Source: a virus | Taxonomy: Duplodnaviria; Caudoviricetes | Virus record (IMG/VR): IMGVR_UViG_3300033069_001185 | Span: 1-64,000 of that record | Length of the DNA: 64,000 nt | Direction: 5' to 3' (one strand) | Part shown: positions 55,901-64,000 of the stretch, piece after piece | Position numbering within the stretch: the first letter of the stretch is position 1 | How the letters are laid out: each line of letters begins with the position of its first letter | Translations under genes and position numbers: made by a program | Notes under the pieces: generated by a model | What the model saw: the letters and a program-made list of their open reading frames with translations, nothing else | Database searches by the model: none | What the model was told of the DNA's origin: nothing

Positions 55901-57420
55901 GTAGTAGACCATTCGAGGAAGACGCTAATCCGTCTACTCTGTTTACAGGGCTAAAAGCATTCTGGAAGTTGGACGGCGATGCAACTGACTATACAGGAAA
56001 CAACGACGCGGTTGCAACAAATTGTACCTTTAGCGCTGGTGTATGTGACGAATCGATAGAACTCACTGGCCTTACCAGTACCGTAGTCGCACCTCCCAAC
56101 GATCTGGACATAATGACAGATTTGACCGTTTCGTGTTGGATTCGTCCTACCGCCCATGCTAGCTATTATACAATCGTAGCCCATATGTTAGGTGGCGGTT
56201 GGCTCGACACCAACTATCATTTGATTATGTTGCCATCTGGGCATATCGCTCTGTTCGGCAGAGCAGACACCGGTGTTGTTGGCGCGGTCGCGAAATTGAA
56301 TACTTGGACCCATGTTGTAGCCACGAGAACTACTTCTGGCTATACGGAAATGTGGCACGACGGAACGAAGGTAAATACCGGAACAGGGCCTGTTCCGAAT
56401 TCAGTACCGACTGCCTCTACCCGAATTGGCTGCCGAGAAGACGCCTATGACTATTTCCGTGGAAAGATCGACGAAGTAGGTATTTGGAATCGCGTACTGA
56501 CCGATGACGAAATCGAAACGCTTTATGGCGTCGCTCAATTTAGCGCTTTTGGTGGTCAATTCAAGAATATAACAATACAATCAGATACGGCTCTTGAAGC
56601 AAAATGGTCTTTGAATCTCACCACGACCGACTCAAGCGGCAACTCAAGGGACCTGAACAAGACCGGTTCATCTTCATATCAATCCGACGATATCCTTCCG
56701 CAGGATATTTCAGACAATAGTATCCATGTAACCTCAGACGGCAGAATCTTCTCAGTAGGCGGGAAAACCAGTGCCGGAACCGCAATCAGAACTGTCTTTG
56801 AGTTCAACGAGACTGATTCAATCTGGGAAGTGCGAAATGCCCTGAATGTAGCCAGAGCTGGCCATACCTTTGCGACTCTCCCTTTCCGTGGAAACATTTC
56901 CTTAACGATGGGAGAAGCGTTTGTCGTAATGGGTGGATTTAACAACAGCACTCCAGTTACATCGATCGAGCATTACAATCTAGCTCAAGATTCTTGGACA
57001 ACACAACCGGTTGGCATCGGTGCTGCCAATATGTGGCGACTCCAGAGTGCCATAAGTTCTGACTCTATTATTTGGTGCGGAAACGGCAAGACCGACTTGG
57101 TAGACAGCGCATATCAAAATCTGAAATATTACGTTGCTTATGGAAATGTCTTCCCTACAGGTACGACAATATCTCATGTAGCAAAAAATGGTAAAATGCT
57201 CAACATTGACAATGGAGGCATTCTATCAATGTCGGACTCTTCTTCAAGTCTAATCTTAGATCCAGTTACCAGACAAACCTTTGCGACTACTTTCCCCTCT
57301 GGAGCAAGTTCTCCAGCCCTCGCAAGCTTTGCCATGGAATACGGTGCCAGTAAAGTCCTTTTGATTGGTGGACTCAAGAATGACGGTACACCGTTGAATA
57401 CGATTTGGATCGGGAGCTAA
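52987..57420 (+). CDS. baseplate wedge-like protein with Kelch and LamG domains
   Basis: ASG.FLD.LA...GI.RP..GL.DE.FR; many GG Kelch blades; F.GKIDEVGIWNRVL. Confidence 0.8.
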   Translation: MASSSTFIGIGLSIQTVTSINRGRTVRVRFTNEPKQISTSASDDGLNVANYTLTGPGFANITSCTTVGGDTQSIDLHLASPLFGGEWLLTIANIKSSTGVLCVAPLSGFFTVIANSQLAINSGVEDSEKIIRKHLNPALAGENWTALIAALSVGDEHNFNNAKLAFDQLYKTSASGRFLDRLAANDGIARPANVGLTDEIFRQYAIKLSNKKVVNQSVLEMLEVFYGTESTRAHATTDLYEPFVLADGDDLNITIDGFLKYKVVFKSSDFLNIAQARAVEVASAITRTFLLNGSKAFAVPFTDYQGLTKVRIYSPSLGLKGSVQIRGSGGGKAQNSLGFETRLGDVYTGTIVPNPSGSNIPLGVACVIPQASMLVPSRAATSPIAAKLGDGRIVVAGGYNFGNGSANFGLDIWSADGLTKTIGPDFPYTQLPLHAVSLGNGSILFVTNENNNFPSQASTLSTGLTFTTRPTVNLLFNECASVSLPNGNALFIGAIDNVDYTSVVEYDYNTNTWISRTPIPGILANRRIANATVMKNGNVLLTGGQSTTDSSYPSTHYVYNPTTFVWTTVANSMPGRTFHSVGNFEDGRVLIVGGQNQSGFLKDVWEYDPNTNLFTQKEDFPSEYYGLAGPVHKLDNNYMVLVGGYSSSVSGGTKSVWTYNPNQDTWAETTDVLNVGRYVHQSIYQGGCKFFVVGGARESYGNVLSAEFINLDAAAPYVSPEKTFSWAAGGTLSAARAFPSSIKMDSESKILVVGGQNANDLTFSSVSNAVDVVTISSGASSAGANLPWSASRVSLAQLTDGNVLAWGGQTTTGTVNKTAIYDVAGNTWTQLSADALELDYEPGSHAYVTDGVSGSLGIQGTSDFTIKFTMKRDAAPDPTTLSILNKTGVVDGWSIFLQNNEIVAVIGDPTSPVVVGPTTGGLVNDVKFHTIEFGRRSGDFYIKIDGIVCATLTDSISITASTETLFVGHRPSSRPFEEDANPSTLFTGLKAFWKLDGDATDYTGNNDAVATNCTFSAGVCDESIELTGLTSTVVAPPNDLDIMTDLTVSCWIRPTAHASYYTIVAHMLGGGWLDTNYHLIMLPSGHIALFGRADTGVVGAVAKLNTWTHVVATRTTSGYTEMWHDGTKVNTGTGPVPNSVPTASTRIGCREDAYDYFRGKIDEVGIWNRVLTDDEIETLYGVAQFSAFGGQFKNITIQSDTALEAKWSLNLTTTDSSGNSRDLNKTGSSSYQSDDILPQDISDNSIHVTSDGRIFSVGGKTSAGTAIRTVFEFNETDSIWEVRNALNVARAGHTFATLPFRGNISLTMGEAFVVMGGFNNSTPVTSIEHYNLAQDSWTTQPVGIGAANMWRLQSAISSDSIIWCGNGKTDLVDSAYQNLKYYVAYGNVFPTGTTISHVAKNGKMLNIDNGGILSMSDSSSSLILDPVTRQTFATTFPSGASSPALASFAMEYGASKVLLIGGLKNDGTPLNTIWIGS

Positions 57421-57423
57421 AAG

Positions 57424-60400
57424 ATGTCTGTCACTTGGGCAGTTACAAAACCTAGCCAAGACGTTATCCGGATGGAAGCTACCGGAGCAATTCCGCTCGA
57501 CCTGAATGAAGTTTGGATTGGCGACTATATCAATATCTACGGAACCGGATTCTCAGTAGAGAACAGGGGTTCTTTCGAAATAACCAACGTAGAAGTTTTC
57601 TATGTGACGGGAACATTATATCAAGCTTTGGAATTTGTCAATCCTACCGGTATTGCTGAATCCGCAGTGCAAAACTACAATTCCGATTTACAGTTTTTCC
57701 GTCCCAGTATCAATAACATTCAAGTGCCAAGCGGTAGAACCGTTGTAGTGTCTTCTACCATCAACAACAAGCTAAAAGTTGTAATTCCAGCCACAACAGC
57801 TATAGTAAATAGAGAGCTTTTCACCGCTGCGTATTTACACGACAACGAAAAGCTATCAATCCGATCTCTCGTCAGGAACAAAAATGGGCAAGTTACGGTT
57901 TATTACAACGAAAGTCCTGAATTTCCTCTTGCAGTTGGGAATCAGATTTATCTAGAGCAGATAGATCCTGCCTATCTTGATACGTTCACAGTTCCCTCTA
58001 CTGGTGCTTATACTGCGGCTTCATTGGCCGATAACATTACCGTCACCACTGCTTGCACCAATACTCAGGGCTATGTCAACGGCTCTCTTGTCGCGCTTGA
58101 AAATAATGAAGCCGCTTTGTTTGGTGGCTGGGGTCTGGTTGCTAGCACTCCTACTATCAATGTTGCAGGAGACCGATTTTCCATCACTGCCAGTTCTGTC
58201 GTTCCTTCTGGTACGATTGCTGCCGGGGCCGATATCTACACTTATGGTTGGACTCTGACGCAGACTGCCGGGAAAGAAAATTCCAAGGCTGTTTTGCTAA
58301 CGTCTGGAACCAAGATTGGCCAGATTCTTGTTAGTGGCGGCAATACCATCACTGAGGGCAATTACAATACCGGCTTGACGGTTTCTTCTCCCGGTACACA
58401 GATTCTTAATCCAACTACCGGTGTCGTCAGTTACTTTGACGCGATTGCTCCGACTGCCGGACATGCACAAGTACAAATCGTCGACGGACGTGTATTGATA
58501 ATCGGCGGCGTTACTACTCCATCGACGATCGATTATACCATTCAAAATAGAGCTTCCACTGCTATTTACATTTCAAATGCCAACGATAACGAGTTCGCAG
58601 CTACGGTAGGCGTTCCAGATTACAACCTGATCCAAGGTCGTGTCAATCCTTCTGTTGCAACGGTGCAGAATGGATTTGGAGTCCTGATCACTGGCGGGCA
58701 GGCCCTTGCCATTCCCTCACCAGCCGATAGCCTGACACTAGCAAAGTGGGGCTTTGACGAAGACTCAGGCTCAAATGCTGCTGACGCTCTTGGCGTTTAC
58801 AATCTTATTGGCTCAGGTACGACGGCGGCTGTGCTTGGAGCCAAAGTCATCAACGGCAGAGAGTTCACACAGGCCGCTGCCCATATGGCAGACAACGCCA
58901 GTGCTGGGGCCAGAGGCGACGCTGTTACTGCGCTAAACGGTGAGTGGACCGTAGAGTTCTGGTCTGCTGGAGCTTCTGGCACTTATCCCGGAAATATGAC
59001 TCTATCTGGAACGGGTACTGGGACCGTAGTCTCGTTTGGTACTCCGGCAAGCGAAATACAGGCCGACAACTGCTTGATGAGTATTTCTTTATCAGCGAAT
59101 ACCCTGACTTGGCGTTGGGAGAGAGGGGCCGGTACTGAAGTTACCGGCACTACGGCAAGCTTTGCCTCGTTACTGCTAGCAAACCGCTTCAATCACTTTG
59201 CTGTCCGAAAGACAAGTATCGGTGGAGGCAATTACAAGGTTGATGTTTTTGTCAACGGTAAGTATTTCGAGAACTTCCCAACCGTATTGAATTCTGACGG
59301 TGGCGTAAATACCAGCCGATTCTATGTTGCAAGAGATCCGGAAGGAACTACTGGTTTTAGCGGGGTTCTGGACGACATTCGTATATCAAAAGCTTCTCGC
59401 TCAGACATTGACATCCTCTTGACATACTTCAATTCTTGTGGTTCATTCCTTAGAACTCCAAGTGACTCTGACAGTACAAAAGCGTTTATTGGAAGACTGC
59501 TGAATAGTTGTGAATACTGGGATGGCTCGACGGTTGCTTCTGTAGCTCCGATGTCTTTGGCCAGAGTGTTCCATCACGCACTAACATTACCTGACGGTCG
59601 TGTTCTCGTAACTGGCGGGTTGGCTTACGATCCGACCAACTTTACCAAAGACATTAGAGACGTAAATTCAAGCGACGATTGGCACTCTCCTTCAGAGTCT
59701 ACTAACTTCGCAGAAGTCTACGACCCAGACTTGAATAAATGGTATCCGATTGCTCCCGCTGCTATTCGTAGGCACTCTCACCAAGCAATTTACATTCCAG
59801 AAAGAGACGCAGTTCTGGTTGTAGGTGGTGTATCAAAGCAAATCGACGGTCCGTCAGATAATGTTGGCGTTATTGAAATGCTTGACCTGAAAACCATGCA
59901 GTGGTCAAGCCTCGGGAAAACGTTACCGGCAGGATCATCAAATGCCGTTCGTCTGTCTAATGGGTTGGTTTTGATTGTTACCTCAGATCCTGACGGGATT
60001 GGTGGAACAAAGCGCACCCAGATGGTCCTTAATTTCCAATCAAAAGCCGTTTCTGGCGGTGGGCTCAATGGGTTTCATCAAATCACAGAAATTGGCTCTG
60101 GCTATTTCAAGTTCGAAACACCAGACTATCTACAAAGCACGTCGATATTCGGTAAACAGGACGATTCCAGCGCCAACACCATAACAAACGGCATCAGAAC
60201 TTCGAATATAACTACCATAACCTTAGGAATGCACAGTTTATCGATAGGAGATGTCGTCTGGGTTAATTTTAACGGTACTGGATTATTCTCTTCTGGTCTA
60301 AAAACCATCACAGCCGTTGGCACAACCACAATCAGTTATGCAGAGGTAGCGGCAAACCAAGCGTCAGTCTCTGTTGCTGGCGAAGTGTTTGTAAATTTTG

Positions 60401-60957
60401 CCAAAGAATCGAACGCTATCCCAACTAGAGCCGGAGGTACAGAAGTTGTCGGACCTTACGTATTCGATCAGGACTGTGGGTATTCGGTTACATCTATCAA
60501 AACAACCGTTGCCGATCCTGTAGAGAGCAATGGCCAATATTCAATTCTAGAACTGACCTCAAACGTAGGTTTTCCGGATCAAGAGGGCTGGGTAGTCATA
60601 GGCTTCGGCACTCAGTATCAAACCAAGCCTATCAAATATTTTGGCCTGTATGGTTCTATCGGAATTTTATTGGACTTTCAACACAAATTTACCGAAGACA
60701 TTCCACAGGGGACCGAAATCGTGCTGGTCACGAGAGAGTCACTGAACCCTGAGCTTGCCGGAGGGCTTTACGCCACGGCTTCTGATGCTGGTGTTGTAGC
60801 AGCAAAGAAAACTATCGAAACGATTGTGGCTGCCGGTGTCGATCTCGACTTTGACATAACCTATCCGGGAGATCGCGGGCTAGGTGCCGAAGGTTTTCCG
60901 TCAGAGGGCGAAGGCAAAACCAGCGATCAGCCTTATGTTTTCGGGGTAGATGAATAA
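57424..60957 (+). CDS. Kelch/LamG baseplate-associated protein
   Basis: DGRVL..GG blades; F.G.LDDIRIS; C-terminal IVAAGV. Confidence 0.75.
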   Translation: MSVTWAVTKPSQDVIRMEATGAIPLDLNEVWIGDYINIYGTGFSVENRGSFEITNVEVFYVTGTLYQALEFVNPTGIAESAVQNYNSDLQFFRPSINNIQVPSGRTVVVSSTINNKLKVVIPATTAIVNRELFTAAYLHDNEKLSIRSLVRNKNGQVTVYYNESPEFPLAVGNQIYLEQIDPAYLDTFTVPSTGAYTAASLADNITVTTACTNTQGYVNGSLVALENNEAALFGGWGLVASTPTINVAGDRFSITASSVVPSGTIAAGADIYTYGWTLTQTAGKENSKAVLLTSGTKIGQILVSGGNTITEGNYNTGLTVSSPGTQILNPTTGVVSYFDAIAPTAGHAQVQIVDGRVLIIGGVTTPSTIDYTIQNRASTAIYISNANDNEFAATVGVPDYNLIQGRVNPSVATVQNGFGVLITGGQALAIPSPADSLTLAKWGFDEDSGSNAADALGVYNLIGSGTTAAVLGAKVINGREFTQAAAHMADNASAGARGDAVTALNGEWTVEFWSAGASGTYPGNMTLSGTGTGTVVSFGTPASEIQADNCLMSISLSANTLTWRWERGAGTEVTGTTASFASLLLANRFNHFAVRKTSIGGGNYKVDVFVNGKYFENFPTVLNSDGGVNTSRFYVARDPEGTTGFSGVLDDIRISKASRSDIDILLTYFNSCGSFLRTPSDSDSTKAFIGRLLNSCEYWDGSTVASVAPMSLARVFHHALTLPDGRVLVTGGLAYDPTNFTKDIRDVNSSDDWHSPSESTNFAEVYDPDLNKWYPIAPAAIRRHSHQAIYIPERDAVLVVGGVSKQIDGPSDNVGVIEMLDLKTMQWSSLGKTLPAGSSNAVRLSNGLVLIVTSDPDGIGGTKRTQMVLNFQSKAVSGGGLNGFHQITEIGSGYFKFETPDYLQSTSIFGKQDDSSANTITNGIRTSNITTITLGMHSLSIGDVVWVNFNGTGLFSSGLKTITAVGTTTISYAEVAANQASVSVAGEVFVNFAKESNAIPTRAGGTEVVGPYVFDQDCGYSVTSIKTTVADPVESNGQYSILELTSNVGFPDQEGWVVIGFGTQYQTKPIKYFGLYGSIGILLDFQHKFTEDIPQGTEIVLVTRESLNPELAGGLYATASDAGVVAAKKTIETIVAAGVDLDFDITYPGDRGLGAEGFPSEGEGKTSDQPYVFGVDE

Positions 60958-61367
60958 TGCGAGCACGAACTTTAACAGCCGCCCATGCAGTTTGCTACAT
61001 TAACGGGCAAGTCTATGCGTTTGTCAATGGATTCAACTGGGATTCTCAAACCCCAGCTAGGCCTATTTACGGCCTAGACAGTGCCGACCCTTACGAACTT
61101 GCTCCTACCACCACCAAAGTGTCTGGAACTATTGGTGTTTTTAGGACCGTTGCCGACAAAGGCGCACAGGGCGCCGGTATGGTTCCGTATTTCGAGCAAG
61201 TACCGAACGGTAAGTATTTCTCTATATCAATAGTAGATAGATCTACGGATATGTTATTATTCCAATCTGATACAGCAATTTTGCAATCGGAGTCTTGGTC
61301 TATTCCAAGTAAAGGTTTGATAACTGGGCAGCTCAGATTTGAAGCCATAACGTGGACTAACCAGTAA
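60957..61367 (+). CDS. second tube-like protein
   Basis: RTLTAAHA..YING and PIYGL parallel the tube gene 17652. Confidence 0.6.
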   Translation: MRARTLTAAHAVCYINGQVYAFVNGFNWDSQTPARPIYGLDSADPYELAPTTTKVSGTIGVFRTVADKGAQGAGMVPYFEQVPNGKYFSISIVDRSTDMLLFQSDTAILQSESWSIPSKGLITGQLRFEAITWTNQ

Positions 61368-61378
61368 TCTTTATATCA
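61365..61378 (+). promoter_or_regulatory. putative late promoter
   Basis: TAATCT-N6-CA overlapping stop. Confidence 0.7.
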
Positions 61379-61397
61379 TAACCCCCAAAGGATTCCT

Positions 61398-64000
61398 ATG
61401 TCCGTTCTTCGCAAACTCAATGTTTTGCCACAATTAAGAGTTGATGCTCCACACTTGCGAATGATCGAAAGCGCCGTAGCTGGCGATTTTGATACAGTCG
61501 TAGGTAAGATGATGGCCGGTGGTAAGCCGTTTGTTATTCGCGGTTTTACATTGATTGGGACCTCAGTTGGTTCCGCTGCAAATCAGATGACTCTTGTAAC
61601 AGCAGACTCCATCGCTGTCAACCTGAATGCTTCGGAATCTGGCTCGTTTCTATGGATCCCTGCAAACCGTCCCAATGAGACTCTGGATCCGGCCACTAAT
61701 GGTAAAGTCACAGGATCGTTCGCCTCAGGCGTTACAAACTACGTAGGCATTGACTTCAAAAGAAGCCCAGACGCTTCCACTACAGACTTGGCTAAATTCT
61801 TAGACGCGGACTCCCTCTCTAGTGTAAAGACTGAATCGACTAGAAGTATTCCCCTTGGACTAACTCTTGACTACCGTATTGTTATAAGCACGGTTCCGTT
61901 CTCAAGCACCCCCAATATCATTCCGATTGCTAAAGTCGTTACCAATGTTAACAATGCAATCAGTACGATTGTCGATGCACGACCGATGATGTACCGGCTT
62001 GCAACTGGTGGAGATTTTCCGAATAGCGAAAACGTATATTCTTGGCCGTTCAATCGTGCCGAGAATTCAAGTTCAAACCTGTTTTCAGGTGGTGACAAAA
62101 ACATTGCTAGCGAGAAAGACTGGCGTGACGCAATCATGTCCCGAATTTGGGAACTCGGTGGCGGCGAAAACTGGTACAGCCCAACTGCCGATCGCAATGT
62201 TAGGATGGTTTACGAGCCGGGTGTCGTGTTTTCGAACGGCCAAAACTTCGAAGGGGTTGCTAACAATCTGCACTGGCGTGGACTAAGCATTCTTTTCGAT
62301 AATGCAAACAGCCCCGGAGTTTATTACAACGAAATTGCCGATCAATTAGTGGACTCTGCTGGTTTAACAGACCTAGCCCCCGGTGAATGCATCTATGCAG
62401 ATATTGATCGTACCCAAAACCTGATCGGCGTCGCCGCTATCGTTGCTCAAAAAGCAGTAATGCAAACGCTAGGCAGTCCCGTCGTACCGGGCTCTCGTTA
62501 TATAATCGCTTGGCGAACTTCAGACGCTGGTAATTTTACCATTTGGACTCGTGATGGATCGTATCCGGTCGACTTTACATTCCAGCCTGCAACTCCAACC
62601 TCTCTTGGGGCTGTCAGACTAAATGTTCCGTCTGGTACGCCCGGAACGCCAACCGTTGTCACTTTAAATTCAACCAACAGTATTGCTATTGGAACTGTTG
62701 GCTACCCTGTTACCGGCAACAATACGGCTATAATTGCAACTGGCAGTGGGAGCGGTTCTGGCATTACCTCAACCGGTGGTGCTACTGGTAATGGTATTGT
62801 AGCAACTGGCGGAAGCACTTCGGGTGCTGGCGGTGTGTTTACTGGAACCGGAACTGGTAATGGTGTTACTGCCGTGTCGTCAAGTTCAATCTCATTTGCC
62901 GTATCTGCTCAAGGGTTTTCTCCGGTATCTTCAGCAGCTGGCGGTAAGGCTGGCCAATTTGTCGGTGGCGACGGGAGTGCCGCAACTATCGGAACGGCAA
63001 GGGCCGGTGGGGCTGGATCTAGGTTTTTTGGTGGTAACGGCAGTGCCACAAATCCGGGCGGGGCAGGTGGAGAAGGTATAGTCTCGGACGGTGGTTCTGG
63101 TGGTAATTCACCTGCTGGCACAGGTGGTGCGGGTGCCGTTGGCGGCCAATTTGTCGGTGGGGTTGGTGGAGATTCTTTCGCACCTTCTTTCCCCGGAGAT
63201 GGCGGGGCAGGTGTTTCGGCATTTGGTGCAGATTCTGGCATAAGAAATGACGGAGTTAGAACCAATGGCGGCGCTGGTGTAAGAGCCAGCGGTGGTGCTG
63301 GTTTTGCGGGCGGTGCTGGCGTAATCGGTACTGGCGGAGATGCGACACTAGGAGGCCTCGGCGGCGCAGGCGGTGTTTTCAGCGGGGCTGTTCAGGGTAT
63401 TGGAACGGCGGCTTCTGACGGCGTTGTTGCGATTGGTGGCGACGGAGGATCAGTAACTGGTCACGGAATTACAGCGATTAGCGGGGATGGCGGGTTTGGC
63501 GGTTATTTTTCTGGTGCTCTAGGTGGCGCTCGCTTTTTTGGTACAAACGCAAATGCTCCCGGCATCGAAGCATCTTCTAATGGAACGAGCACTGCTGTCA
63601 TTGCAAGCCCTCTCGGATCGGGCAAAGCTTTCTATGCGGTTGCTGGTGATGTCGTAATTCAAGCAGCAAATAGCTTCAGATATGACACAAATGTCACAAA
63701 AACTATGCACGTACCAATGTCGGATTTTCAATCGACAACGGAGGCTGGTTCTTTCAGTCCAATTGTAACGATTAGTACGGCCAATGCTTTGGCGAAACTG
63801 ACAAGCCAAACTTCTGGTCCTGCTACGGCTGCGGCTAAGATCCGATTACCTCACGGTGCGTATATCACCAGTATTGAATTTGCCGTACTGAACATAGACG
63901 GGGTGGCGCGAGATACTCGGTGGGCTATTGTTCATAATACTTATAATGTTGCTGGCTATTTTCCCACCGTTGTGCATCTTAGCGGAGGTCCCACTCAGAC
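61398..64000 (+). CDS. tail fibre-like protein with Gly-rich region, truncated by window end (absent from ORF track)
   Basis: AAAGGA RBS, MSVLRKLNVLPQLRVD...; frame spot-checked at 62760 (GITSTGGATGNGIVATGG). Confidence 0.75.
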   Translation, partial: MSVLRKLNVLPQLRVDAPHLRMIESAVAGDFDTVVGKMMAGGKPFVIRGFTLIGTSVGSAANQMTLVTADSIAVNLNASESGSFLWIPANRPNETLDPATNGKVTGSFASGVTNYVGIDFKRSPDASTTDLAKFLDADSLSSVKTESTRSIPLGLTLDYRIVISTVPFSSTPNIIPIAKVVTNVNNAISTIVDARPMMYRLATGGDFPNSENVYSWPFNRAENSSSNLFSGGDKNIASEKDWRDAIMSRIWELGGGENWYSPTADRNVRMVYEPGVVFSNGQNFEGVANNLHWRGLSILFDNANSPGVYYNEIADQLVDSAGLTDLAPGECIYADIDRTQNLIGVAAIVAQKAVMQTLGSPVVPGSRYIIAWRTSDAGNFTIWTRDGSYPVDFTFQPATPTSLGAVRLNVPSGTPGTPTVVTLNSTNSIAIGTVGYPVTGNNTAIIATGSGSGSGITSTGGATGNGIVATGGSTSGAGGVFTGTGTGNGVTAVSSSSISFAVSAQGFSPVSSAAGGKAGQFVGGDGSAATIGTARAGGAGSRFFGGNGSATNPGGAGGEGIVSDGGSGGNSPAGTGGAGAVGGQFVGGVGGDSFAPSFPGDGGAGVSAFGADSGIRNDGVRTNGGAGVRASGGAGFAGGAGVIGTGGDATLGGLGGAGGVFSGAVQGIGTAASDGVVAIGGDGGSVTGHGITAISGDGGFGGYFSGALGGARFFGTNANAPGIEASSNGTSTAVIASPLGSGKAFYAVAGDVVIQAANSFRYDTNVTKTMHVPMSDFQSTTEAGSFSPIVTISTANALAKLTSQTSGPATAAAKIRLPHGAYITSIEFAVLNIDGVARDTRWAIVHNTYNVAGYFPTVVHLSGGPTQ

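Noticed and set aside
15116-61367. Bacterial contractile injection system or tailocin locus
   Set aside because: tRNAs, phage nucleotide enzymes, head-type proteins and early/late organisation indicate a phage genome
14087-63809. Many antisense/overlapping ORFs in the track (e.g. 14218-15021, 15478-16128, 29800-30501, 31273-31818, 62909-63265)
   Set aside because: Shadows of real genes, without RBS, promoter or motifs
1-64000. Stop-codon reassignment
   Set aside because: Long genes are intact in the standard code, all three stops end genes, and no suppressor tRNA is present

Overview
A 64-kb segment of a large contractile-tailed (myovirus-like) dsDNA phage genome, standard genetic code. The + strand carries a late virion module: putative head/neck proteins (one with an intein), sheath, tube, chaperones, tape measure, hub, spike, very large baseplate/receptor-binding proteins and an unfinished Gly-rich fibre ORF at the right edge. 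It is driven by a compact motif TAATCT-N6-YA (15 copies). Seven mostly minus-strand islands interrupt it, most driven by sigma70-type promoters. They hold nucleotide/RNA enzymes (dUTPase, dNMP kinase, 5'-deoxyribonucleotidase, RNA ligase, Pnk-like kinase, nucleotidyltransferase, RNase HI, phosphoesterase), four tRNAs and expanded paralog families. Most notable: (1) a tRNA shell whose anticodon loop is replaced by a ~90-nt multi-hairpin domain, plus a second aberrant tRNA-like RNA, near a tRNA-repair toolkit; (2) ~15 small proteins, including a pentapeptide family, sharing a strand-N-x-D-helix motif; (3) strong over-representation of TATCAA/TTGATA; (4) apparently leaderless transcription and back-to-back early/late promoters at island borders; (5) nested domain insertions in tail proteins. 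All calls are from manual reading; no database searches were run.
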